A DNA stretch of 64,000 nucleotides from positions 1,240,001 through 1,304,000 of the forward strand of contig OZ024753.1 in NCBI GenBank assembly GCA_964016885.1, given 5' to 3'. Position 1 is the stretch's first letter. The number at the start of each line of letters is the position of its first letter. The translations under genes were made by a program, and so were the position numbers. This DNA is from Eledone cirrhosa. Its lineage: Eukaryota. Positions 26,416-38,458 of this stretch are shown in pieces. The notes under the pieces were generated by a model, which saw nothing but the letters and a program-made list of their open reading frames with translations, had not been told where the DNA came from and did no database searches.

Positions 26416-28350
26416 AAATCTCTATAGGCGTTCGTGACAAGAAGGCGAAATATCAAGAACTTGTGAGGGGTGTTACGGTTGAGGGCGAAAATTCCCAATG
26501 AACGTAGGTGAATAAACAATTTAAGGTCTTTGATCTCAATCTTGAAAAAAGCATTTAAATACACCTAAATATTAACTAAAACTAGAAGAGTTTTTAAAAA
26601 ATACAATCGACATTTTCTGTGAATAAAAAAGAAATATGTTATTTTATTGGTTCTTTTCAACATGAATTGGAACACGTGCTCTGTGTATTTCATTAGGAAT
26701 ACGGTAAGAAGGGACTTCCCCTGGATAGGACGCCAGTCGATTGCAAGGTTAAAGTCTGTCTCAAACCCGGAGGCTCATTAGGTCGGTACTTAGTCGGCTG
26801 AAAATACTGGAGCCACATGAAATGAAGTGTTTTGCTCAAGGAATCGATCTTATCACATTATGATTGTAACCGCTATGGGAAGAAATACTGAAGTATGTGA
26901 CAAGACTGATTCAATTAAAGGTACAGTCCATCTTACAGGCTTCCAGACAGTTTCTATCTACTAAATTTCACTCACAGGACATGGGTCAACTGAAGGTTAT
27001 GATGACTCTTGCCCAAGATTTCTCTCTCTCACCTAATGATTGAGAATTCACGTGCGGAAAAGTTAATCGATCTGTTAACACTGATCAATATTTCGACCAT
27101 GATTACCAGAAAAACAGACGTACAGTATTCTTGGACTAATAAGACGAAAAAAACTTAGGATTAAATGTACGACATTACAAGACGGAAGATAAGATTCTCC
27201 CATCGACAAAGTCAAATGGGAGAAAAAGGGTTTAAAACATAGATGGTGAACAGCTGGACTTATTGCGAGTATCTCGGAAAGATTGCAAGGGGTGGGCAAC
27301 TTTTGGAAAAGTCAACAATCGAAAGCATCACTTTCGATTGCTAAGTGGGAGCGAGTTTGATCTGGAGAGGAAGACAGTCACACATTGGTGAGGAGAAATA
27401 GTCGACAGCATGATTTGATAAAGACACAGGAACTTCCCCAGGAAGAAGTAGGCACAATTTTAAAACTATACTAGATACATATTTATTAATAAAAAATGTC
27501 AAATTTTATTATATTCACAATGTATTGAAACATGTAAGTGTGTATTTCAGTAAGAATACGTTAACAAGAGAACAACTAGGTAGGTGTAACAGTAGATCAT
27601 ACAAAGGATAGTAAGAGGGGAAGATTTACAAAAATACCTCAACATAATATAAAAATCTACGCTACCTTTCGGAAAGCTGCTATTATCCATTGTTAAACCA
27701 CTTAGCAAGAGATTTTGTAAAACTGGTGGAATTCCACAAACTGACGGCCATTTTTTTTTCTTGTTTTAGATGGAGTTGAATGCGCAAGCGTGAGATCCAG
27801 TGCGCATGTTCCAAGTATCCTGGCCATGCTACGGCACCTTCTAAAATCCTTAGCCATGCTACTGCACTATCTAAACAGCCTGGCCATACTACAGTACTAG
27901 AAGTTAATATGTAATACTGAGGGAAATTCAACGTTATAAGACTGGCCATTTCAATTACAGATGAGACACTTCTATACAGTTTCTGTCTACCCAGTTTCAC
28001 ATGGAGTGAGATCGACCCTGGGACTTAATGATGGCGAAATAAACTCACGGGTTAGTCGATATCGATCTTTACAAACACTAATCGACAGTTAACCAACGAT
28101 GAACATACAGCGGAAGAAAGTGAACGTAAATGAATTTAGAATTGTTTTAGTTTTTACGTATGATTCAGCTGAAAGTGGGGGGGGTTAACCCTGTGATGGA
28201 CTGGCGTCCTGTCCAGGGGGGAGTCTTGTACTCTCTGTCACTTTACGGGATAAGCTTCTGGGCTCGCGACAGACCAGAGAATCAGCGGCGTGCAGAGCTC
28301 TGGTGATGCCCGGGTCAAACCTTGATTGAATGCCCCAAAGACTCAAGTAT

Positions 28351-29081
28351 CTCGGGTGGGTAGAATTCCCGAGATCCATGGACGAGTTCTCTCCAGCGGT
28401 CTCTGTCCCTCATCATTGCTGCCATGTCCTGCGTCTCAAAGAGACCTGTGTTTGTCCTTAGGGCATCAACATATGTTAACTTGTCTCCCCTACCAGTGTG
28501 TCCATGCAGGGGTTCCCACAGGAGCACTGAGTGCAGTGTCAACTCTGTGTCACCTTTGGGAGGCTCCCATACCGCTCTGAGTTGTTCATTTTCAGTGTAC
28601 ACTGATTAATGTTCAGTGTTATCCTCAGCATTCTCGTGTAGCACCCATCCACCATCTGAGTGAGTTTCTTGTTCAGTGTCCAAGTCTCAGACCCGTACAG
28701 CAACAGAGACTCCTCTACAACAAAGAAGAGGCGGATCTTCAGGTCTTTACGAAGGTCCGATCTCAAGCTGTGCCACGCCGCCCAGGCTTTGCTCTTCCGT
28801 ATTCCCAATCTTTGCTCCCAAATACAGGAAGTCCTCAACCAATTCTAGCGGCTTCCCGCCTACATTAGTAATCTTCTCTGGCTTCTTAATATTCTCTACG
28901 ATATTTCGTCTTAACCTCATTCATTCACAACCCCACATTCAACGACACAGTCTCCACCTCCTGCATCAAATCCTCTGCCTCCTTCACTGTTTGTCACCAA
29001 AACTATATCGTCGGCAAATTCAGCATCCGATATCTTTTTCGCCTTAACTCCCCTGCTCTGAGCCGGTGTTACAGTAAAGCC
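28351..29081 (-). mobile_element. 5'-truncated RTE-group LINE with 12-bp target site duplication
   Basis: FADDIVL, LLYGSETWTLNKKL..DGCYTRMLR and MRDRDRWRELV; TSD agactcaagtat at 28339-28350 and 29082-29093. Confidence 0.88.
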
Positions 29082-29337
29082 AGACTCAAGTATAAGGCTA
29101 AATATACCGAGAAATATTATGAGAAAGGAAAACATTTTGAATATATAAACACAGATGAATCATGAAATCAATATAAATCAATCAAATTTATTAACTTCTT
29201 TTCCCCAAAGGATACCCAGAGTCAACGCGCCGTCGTATCCCCCTCTGCACGCCACTGCAGAGAACCTCCACATACTTTCGGGATTTAAGGCAAGACAATC
29301 GCCGACTAACTAACAATATTAAATTGTGATTAGATAC

Positions 29338-32300
29338 TCTAACAAACCTGGCCATGCTACAGCACCATCTAAAGAGCCAGGTCATGCTACAACAGCTAAC
29401 AAACCTAGTCATGCTGGAGCACCATCTAAAGAGCCAGGTCATGCTACAACAGCTTCTAACAAACCTGGCCATGCTACAGCACCATCTAAAGAGCCAGGTC
29501 ATGCTACAACAGCTAACAAACCTGGTCATGCTGCAGCACCATCTAAAGAGCCAGGTCATGCTACAACAGCTTCTAACAAAACAAACCTGGCCATGCTGGA
29601 GCACCATCTAAAGAGCCAGGTCATGCTACAACAGGTAACAAACCTGGTCATGCTGCAGCACCATCTAAAGAGCCAGGTCATGCTACAACAGCTTCTAACA
29701 AACCTGGCCATGCTGGAGCACCATCTAAAGAGCCAGGTCATGCTACAACAGCTTCTAACAAAACTGGTCATGCTGGAGCACCATCTAAAGAGCCAGGTCA
29801 TGCTACAACAGCTTCTAACAAAACTGGTCATGCTGGAGCACCATCTAAAGAGCCAGGTCATGCTACAACAGCTTCTAACAAACCTGGCCATGCTGCAGCA
29901 CCATCTAAAGAGCCAGGTCATGCTACAACAGCTTCTAACAAACCTGGTCATGCTGGAGCACCATCTAAAGAGCCAGGTCATGCTACAACAGCTTCTAACA
30001 AAACAAACCTGGCCATGCTGCAGCACCATCTAAAGAGCCAGGTCATGCTACAACAGCTTCTAACAAACCTGGTCATGCTGGAGCACCATCTAAAGAGCCA
30101 GGTCATGCTACAACAGCTAACAAACCTAGTCATGCTGGAGCACCATCTAAAGAGCCAGGTCATGCTACAACAGCTTCTAACAAACCTGACCATGCTGGAG
30201 CACCATCTAAAGAGCCAGGTCATGCTACAACAGCTTCTAACAAAACTGGTCATGCTGGAGCACCATCTAAAGAGCCAGGTCATGCTACAACAGCTTCTAA
30301 CAAAACTGGTCATGCTGGAGCACCATCTAAAGAGCCAGGTCATGCTACAACAGCTTCTAACAAAACTGGTCATGCTGGAGCACCATCTAAAGAGCCAGGT
30401 CATGCTACAACAGCTTCTAACAAAACTGGTCATGCTGGAGCACCATCTAAAGAGCCAGGTCATGCTACAACAGCTTCTAACAAAACTGGTCATGCTGGAG
30501 CACCATCTAAAGAGCCAGGTCATGCTACAACAGCTTCTAACAAACCTGGTCATGCTGGAGCACCATCTAAAGAGCCAGGTCATGCTACAACAGCTTCTAA
30601 CAAACCTGGCCATGCTGCAGCACCATCTAAAGAGCCAGGTCATGCTACAACAGCTTCTAACAAAACTGGTCATGCTGGAGCACCATCTAAAGAGCCAGGT
30701 CATGCTACAACAGCTTCTAACAAACCTGGCCATGCTGCAGCACCATCTAAAGAGCCAGGTCATGCTACAACAGCTTCTAACAAACCTGGCCATGCTGCAG
30801 CACCATCTAAAGAGCCAGGTCATGCTACAACAGCTTCTAACAAAACTGGTCATGCTGGAGCACCATCTAAAGAGCCAGGTCATGCTACAACAGCTTCTAA
30901 CAAACCTGGCCATGCTGCAGCACCATCTAAAGAGCCAGGTCATGCTACAACAGCTTCTAACAAAACAAACCTGGTCATGCTGGAGCACCATCTAAAGAGC
31001 CAGGTCATGCTACAACAGCTTCTAACAAACCTGGCCATGCTGGAGCACCATCTAAAGAGCCAGGTCATGCTACAACAGCTTCTAACAAACCTGGTCATGC
31101 TGGAGCACCATCTAAAGAGCCAGGTCATGCTACAACAGCTAACAAACCTGGTCATGCTGGAGCACCATCTAAAGAGCCAGGTCATGCTACAACAGCTTCT
31201 AACAAAACTGGTCATGCTGGAGCACCATCTAAAGAGCCAGGTCATGCTACAACAGCTTCTAACAAACCTGGCCATGCTGCAGCACCATCTAAAGAGCCAG
31301 GTCATGCTACAACAGCTTCTAACAAACCTGGTCATGCTGGAGCACCATCTAAAGAGCCAGGTCATGCTACAACAGCTTCTAACAAACCTGGCCATGCTGG
31401 AGCACCATCTAAAGAGCCAGGTCATGCTACAACAGCTAACAAACCTGGTCATGCTGCAGCACCATCTAAAGAGCCAGGTCATGCGACAACAGCTAACAAA
31501 CCTGGTCATGCTGCAGCACCATCTAAAGAGCCAGGTCATGCTACAACAGCTTCTAACAAACCTGGCCATGCTGGAGCACCATCTAAAGAGCCAGGTCATG
31601 CTACAACAGCTTCTAACAAAACTGGTCATGCTGGAGCACCATCTAAAGAGCCAGGTCATGCTACAACAGCTTCTAACAAAACTGGTCATGCTGGAGCACC
31701 ATCTAAAGAGCCAGGTCATGCTACAACAGCTTCTAACAAACCTGGCCATGCTGCAGCACCATCTAAAGTGCCAGGTCATGCTACAACAGCTTCTAACAAA
31801 CCTGGCCATGCTGCAGCACCATCTAAAGAGCCAGGTCATGCTACAACAGCTTCTAACAAACCTGGTCATGCTGGAGCACCATCTAAAGAGCCAGGTCATG
31901 CTACAACAGCTAACAAACCTAGTCATGCTGGAGCACCATCTAAAGAGCCAGGTCATGCTACAACAGCTAACAAACCTGGTCATGCTGGAGCACCATCTAA
32001 AGAGCCAGGTCATGCTACAACAGCTAACAAACCTGGTCATGCTGGAGCACCATCTAAAGAGCCAGGTCATGCTACAACAGCTTCTAACAAACCTGGCCAT
32101 GCTGCAGCACCATCTAAAGAGCCAGGTCATGCTACAACAGCTAACAAACCTGGTCATGCTGGAGCACCATCTAAAGAGCCAGGTCATGCTACAACAGCTA
32201 ACAAACCTGGTCATGCTGGAGCACCATCTAAAGAGCCAGGTCATGCTACAACAGCTTCTAACAAACCTGGCCATGCTGCAGCACCATCTAAAGAGCCAGG

Positions 32301-33750
32301 TCATGCTACAACAGCTTCTAACAAAACAAACCTGGCCATGCTGGAGCACCATCTAAAGAGCCAGGTCATGCTACAACAGCTTCTAACAAACCTGGCCATG
32401 CTGCAGCACCATCTAAAGAGCCAGGTCATGCTACAACAGCTAACAAACCTGACCATGCTGGAGCACCATCTAAAGAGCCAGGTCATGCTACAACAGCTTC
32501 TAACAAACCTGACCATGCTGCAGCACCATCTAAAGAGCCAGGTCATGCTACAACAGCTAACAAACCTGACCATGCTGGAGCACCATCTAAAGAGCCAGGT
32601 CATGCTACAACAGCTTCTAACAAACCTGGCCATGCTGCAGCACCATCTAAAGAGCCAGGTCATGCTACAACAGCTTCTAACAAACCTGGCCATGCTGCAG
32701 CACCATCTAAAGAGCCAGGTCATGCTACAACAGCTAACAAACCTGGTCATGCTACAGCACCATCTAAAGAGCCAGGTCATGCTACAACAGCTAACAAACC
32801 TGGTCATGCTGGAGCACCATCTAAAGAGCCAGGTCATGCTACAACAGCTAACAAACCTGGCCATGCTGCAGCACCATCTAAAGAGCCAGGTCATGCTACA
32901 ACAGCTTCTAACAAACCTGGCCATGCTGCAGCACCATCTAAAGAGCCAGGTCATGCTACAACAGCTAACAAACCTGGTCATGCTGCAGCACCATCTAAAG
33001 AGCCAGGTCATGCTACAACAGCTTCTAACAAACCTGGCCATGCTGGAGCACCATCTAAAGAGCCAGGTCATGCTACAACAGCTTCTAACAAAACAAACCT
33101 GGCCATGCTGCAGCACCATCTAAAGAGCCAGGTCATGCTACAACAGCTAACAAACCTGGTCATGCTACAGCACCATCTAAAGAGCCAGGTCATGCTACAA
33201 CAGCTAACAAACCTGGTCATGCTGGAGCACCATCTAAAGAGCCAGGTCATGCTACAACAGCTTCTAACAAAACAAACCTGGTCATGCTACAGCACCATCT
33301 AAAGAGCCAGGTCATGCTACAAGAGCTTCTAACAAACCTGGCCATGCTGCAGCACCATCTAAAGAGCCAGGTCATGCTACAACAGCTAACAAACCTGGTC
33401 ATGCTGGAGCACCATCTAAAGAGCCAGGTCATGCTACAACAGCTTCTAACAAAACAAACCTGGTCATGCTACAGCACCATCTAAAGAGCCAGGTCATGCT
33501 ACAAGAGCTTCTAACAAACCTGGCCATGCTGCAGCACCATCTAAAGAGCCAGGTCATGCTACAACAGCTAACAAACCTGGTCATGCTGGAGCACCATCTA
33601 AAGAGCCAGGTCATGCTACAACAGCTTCTAACAAACCTGGCCATGCTGGAGCACCATCTGAACAGCTTGGCCATGTTACAGCATATTCTAACAATGCATG
33701 CCATGCTACAGCACCATCTGAACAGCCAGGCCCTGCTACTGCACTATTAC
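29338..33750. repeat. 57/60/64-bp minisatellite array (dimer of 30-bp subunits), ~74 units
   Basis: Unit aacaaacctggtcatgctggagcaccatct-aaagagccaggtcatgctacaacagcttct. Confidence 0.97.
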
Positions 33751-35149
33751 TGAGTGCATTTTTATCGGGACACCAGCACTAATGAGGTTGTCATGTTTTT
33801 GATACAGCAGGAGAGACCCCCTGACCCTTTAATTGGAGGGATGCATTTACGAAAACCACTTTACTGAGTTTACTAAATGATACCAACACAAGTTGTCATG
33901 TGATACAGTTGAAGGTCCTCCTTGTTTCTGCTTTGGGCTCAAAGCCAACAATTTTTTTTTCGGGGGGGAAATTTCGATTAAATCGACCCCAGTATGTTAC
34001 TCTATGTTTACCAGCCTTGGTATATTGTGCACTGGGGTTAGCCCCTCTAGGTCTATCGTCTGCCCCTTCTCCCAGTTATACGTTATCATTCTACCGAAAA
34101 TAATTGTTTCTACTTTTGGCACAAGGCCAGCAATTACTCCAGTTTATAACTGGTACTTTATTTTATTAAAGTTAACCAATGATGAACGTACAGAGGAAGA
34201 AAGTAATCGAAAAACTGAAATGAATTTTCAATTGTTTTAGTTTATACGTATGATTCAGCTGAGAATGAGTACCAGCAATAACTGGGGAGGTTAACGCTGT
34301 GATGGACTGGCGTCCTGACCAGCGGGTAGTCGTGTACTCTCAGTCGCTTTACGGGATAAGTTTCTGGGCTCGCTCAGACCAGAGAAGCTCCACATACTTT
34401 GGGGATTCAAGGCAAGAAGACAATCGCCGGCTAATTAACAATATTAAATTGTGATTACAGTTTTAGAAAATATTTAGCACTGCTGAAGAATTGATTCCAC
34501 AATTTACGGTCTTTCATCTCAATCTTGAAAGAAATATTTGAATCTACCGAAAGATTTTCTAAGGACGTCAGAGCTGTTATTACAAAGAAAACTAGGAACA
34601 GTTTTAAAACAAAATACACTAAATATATTTTCTGTGAATAAAAAAGAAACATGTTGAATTTTATTGTTTATTTTCATTAAATTTGTGAATAAAAAACAAA
34701 CACATAGGTTTTTCATTTTTTAATAATATAACAATAGTGCTTAAGTAAATATATTCTACATTCCCCCACCATAAATGAAACTTAAGGGTCAGTCTGTCTC
34801 GTGGCTCTGGAGCTAGGGAGGATGGCAAGGATGACGTACTGAAACAGCCACTGCACCTTGCGTGGATCATACTCGTTGGCTGCTAACTCCGCTCCGAGTT
34901 GGGGATGTGGTCGGGTGGGGAGCAAGAGTACCTGGAGTCTCCACTGCCAAACTCTCAATCACAAACATAACAAGGAGTGGCTGATTACAGGACATGCATC
35001 AACTGGAGGTTACGATGAAAGTTACCCAAGATGTCATCCTCTCCTAATGATTGAGAACTCACGTGGTGAAAGTTTAATCGATATCGATCTGTTAACACTG
35101 ATCAATACTTCAGCTATGATTACGAGAAGTCAGACATACAGGAGAAAGT

Positions 35150-35335
35150 CCTTTAAAAAGTAGGTTTCCCGGTCAAAGTTCTCACCCCACAGGCTGGAGT
35201 GAGAGGGTTGGTAGAAATATCTGCCTACAATCTCATGAAATATCTCTGAGTAACTAGGTGGAACAGGACCAAAGTACTTAAGACAATAGCAGAGGAGTTC
35301 CAGCTGGATCTGGTCGAGAAAGAACAAAGGCGATC
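35150..35335 (+). mobile_element. HERO-like (RLE) non-LTR retrotransposon 3' fragment
   Basis: KVGFPVKVLTPQAGVRGLVEISAYNLMKYL...KTIAE..SSWIWSRK resembles the EVGxRG...SxWxW motif. Confidence 0.5.
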
Positions 35336-36259
35336 TCCATCCAGATTAAGTGACCTACACGCAACAAGTTTAACGATAGCCAGGTGGTTTTATTATTAAA
35401 TTCCTTCACAGCTGTGTATTGGCAGTATCGGTAGAGCTTTATGGCATAGAGTTACAGCCATTTACGTTGAGTTCAAATTCTACCGAGGTTAGCTTTGCCT
35501 TCCATCTTTATGGCGTCGATAAATAAAGCACCACTAATGTACTGGGGTCGATTTAATCGACTTCCCACCACACCCCAAATTGCTGGCCTTGTGCTTAAAT
35601 CAGAAATCATTATTAAATTCCTTCAAAATTTTCATTATTTTCCAATATTAATCGCGATGCATGGGGTGTGTATTCCATTAGAAATAGGGTACCACGAGGG
35701 TTGGTGTCAAAGAAAAAAGGCTGTTCAAATAGTTGATGATATCTAAAGTCTGTCCCAAGCTCTGGGGCTCATCACGCCGGTGCTTACCTCGGTTTCCATG
35801 GCATGAAACATCTAAGAATACAAGACTCCCTCCTGGACAGGGCGCCAGTCCATCGCAGGGTTAACTTCCTAATTACAGTTGAGTATATTGGCGCAACGTG
35901 AAATAAAAGGTTTTCTCAAGAACACAACCCAGTCCATGAATTGAACCCACTTACCTCTAATGATATTATGAAGGGAACTAACTGTCTCCAACAAATGCAA
36001 GCATGGAAAAAGGGATATAAAAATGATATTGTTGTTGTTGGTGTTGGCGTTAGTGGTAGTGGTCGTGGTCGTTGGCGTTAGTGGTGTTATTGGTGTTATT
36101 GGTGGTGGTGGTGGTGGTGGTGTTGGTGGTGGTGGTGGTGGTGCTGGTGTGTGTACATTAGTTTGGTGTGTAACAACTGTTGCAGGTGATGTACCTACCA
36201 AAGCACTCTAAAGTGTTGCAAGATCCATTTCATTTGGGTTGTATTATGCAGAGCCGTAA

Positions 36260-36515
36260 TCACTGTTGCAGCATATGTACACACTTTATTTGCATATTAC
36301 AATTGTTTCAATATCGATCAGCTCTGGGTAAATCAAAGTGACTGAGCCTGATATACGTCTTGCATTTTAGATGTGCCTTTGCAGATATGAACTTGCATAT
36401 CTGATGAAATGCTGAAAATGAGTCAGGCCCCGTCACATTGATTGTACCCTGAGCTGATCAATATCAAAGCAATTGTAATAGGCAAATAAAGTTTGTACAT
36501 ATGCTGCAACACTGA
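36260..36515. mobile_element. Palindromic MITE
   Basis: tgttgcagcatatgtacacactttatttgc... vs ...gcaaataaagtttgtacatatgctgcaaca; ~90 bp imperfect arms. Confidence 0.7.
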
Positions 36516-36531
36516 CTTCGACTCTTTAAAA

Positions 36532-36588
<57 letters not shown>

Positions 36589-36597
36589 CACAACATA

Positions 36598-36740
36598 AGT
36601 TACAATCAAATGTTTAAAACATTTAATAGCTTACGATCGTTTCATCGAGATATGTCTGGAATCATCAGAGCATACACACTTATATCTGGATGAAACGATC
36701 ATAAGCTATTAAATGTTTTAAACACAATTTGATTGTAATA
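36598..36740. repeat. Palindrome containing a hammerhead-like core (minus strand 36629-36671), probable Penelope pLTR derivative
   Basis: Arms tacaatcaaatgtttaaaacatttaatagctta / taagctattaaatgttttaaaca..tttgattgta; minus strand GCU-CUGAUGA-stem II-GAAAC-GAUC-GUA-AGC. Confidence 0.6.
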
Positions 36741-37499
36741 CATGTATTTCTGCTCTGTATTATACTTGATATTTTACATTGAGCTACTTTCTTACTAGTA
36801 ATCAGGTAACATATAGTATTACCCTTATCTTATATATATTCTTCTATATAAATATAATTATTATTATATATATATTCCAATTATGCTCCAAAATATTTTC
36901 ACTTAAATCATATAGTCATCACAAACAGCTAATTATATATTAATTGATTATATTTTTGTCAAATATCATAGAGCAATTATTGAACACATCACAAGACTAA
37001 TCTTCTGTCCAATTAAACTGAAATTCAAAGCTGGATTTTCTTTATACATGCTATATAAAGGCAGATGCCACTTTCCAGTTCTTCACACCAATTATCATGG
37101 GGCATCTCGGATGAAATAATAAAATTTGATTATTCATTATATTTTATATCAATACTTCGTTCCAAGGGCTTGCGAGTGTTGTTTTAAAATGGATCTAGTA
37201 TTTTCTTTTGTGTTGATATATATATATATATACACGCACACACGTATATATACATACACACACACATATATATATATATAAAAAATATTAACTATATAAT
37301 ATATATCTAAAAATATTATCATACATATATGTAGAATATAATACATATAGTTAATATAATTCAAATTATATGCCTATATGTATATAGATATCTCTATATA
37401 TACATACATACACATTATATATATGTGTGTGTATATATAGATATTTGATATATATATAGTAATAATAATTATGAAGACTAAAATATGAAGAGGGATCAA

Positions 37500-37705
37500 T
37501 ATCATCATCATCATTTTACGTCCGCTTTTCCCTGCTTACAAGGGTGGGACGGGTCCGATTCAGCACAGCATCTCTCCCTTTGTCATGATCCTTGAGCTTC
37601 AGCGATCTGAGGTCAGCTCTCACCACCTCCGTCCATGATTTTCGTGGTCTTCCTTCCACTGGGATTTCTTGGCACTTCTTTACCCAGCAGTCAACCTCCA
37701 TAAGG
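37500..37705 (-). mobile_element. RTE LINE 3' end with (tga)n tail
   Basis: WVKKCQEIPVEGRPRKSWTEVVRADL; tail cagggaaaagcggacgtaaaatgatgatg. Confidence 0.75.
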
Positions 37706-37711
37706 ATTATA

Positions 37712-38048
37712 TATCATCATTTCATTTTACGTCCACTTTTCCCTGCCTGCAAGGGTGGGACGGGAACTGATTCTGGCTTGATTTCTACAGCTGGATGCCC
37801 TTCCTAACACCAACCTCATTTACAGTGAGTGCTGGGTGCTTTTTTGCCGTGGCACCTCCACGACCACTTTACAGTGGAATGATAGGGACCCCAGTCCCTA
37901 TCATCTCATTTCTACAGCTGAGTAAACTGGAGCAATGTGAAATAAAGTGTCTTGCTCAAGGAAACAACACATCACCCGGTCTGAGAATTGAACTCACAAC
38001 CTTTTGATTGCAAGGCCAATGCTCTAACCACTAAGCCATGTGCCTCTA
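37712..38048 (-). mobile_element. CORE-like tRNA SINE family 2 with RTE-derived tail
   Basis: Head ggcacatggcttagtggttagagc...gagttcaattc (A/B boxes); ccttgagcaagacactt...cagtttactcagctgtagaaatgag resembles the CORE domain. Confidence 0.8.
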
Positions 38049-38257
38049 TATATATATATATATATATAAAACCCGTAGAGCAAATATTTATTATTTGTAC
38101 AGATTAAAGTTTAAGCAAAAAAATATAAATGTACTTACCGTAAAGAATGATTGCGTATACAACGCACCAATCAGTAAATAAGGATGCAATTTGATTCAAG
38201 CACTCAACATCATGTTTTTTCTTCCAAATATGATTTGTCAGTCAGTGACAGAATAAG

Positions 38258-38458
38258 GAAAATGTGAAGTTCAGTGTAGATGTTGAGTCCTTTTTTAACA
38301 AAGCTGTAATGCATATTTCAATGACAATTGCGACTACATGCAATCTCATCAGACAACATCATTATGTAATAAGGTTGCATTCCAGTCTGAAGACAAGGAA
38401 CATCATCATTGAAATATGTATTACAGCTTCAACATCTACACTGAATTTTGCATTTTTC
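38258..38458. repeat. Imperfect palindrome / MITE-like
   Basis: aaaatgtgaagttcagtgtagatgttga..aagctgtaatgcatatttcaatga vs tcattgaaatatgtattacagcttcaacatctacactgaattttgcatttt. Confidence 0.6.

Larger units (their letters stand above)
15690..35148. repeat. Large nested inverted-repeat (fold-back) domain
   Basis: 15690-21200 is mirrored by 26560-29332 and 34170-35148; 21232-21560 is mirrored by 25495-25910; 21915-22050 is mirrored by 22590-22860. Confidence 0.85.

Noticed and set aside
15690-35148. Autonomous Maverick/Polinton or viral element
   Set aside because: No integrase, DNA polymerase B, capsid or transposase ORF is present between the inverted repeats
26430-35335. One HERO-like element split by an 8.7 kb insertion (KKAKYQELV at 26440 plus EVGxRG-like region at 35150)
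   Set aside because: The two fragments appear to overlap in protein position and no TSD is visible, so they are probably independent fragments
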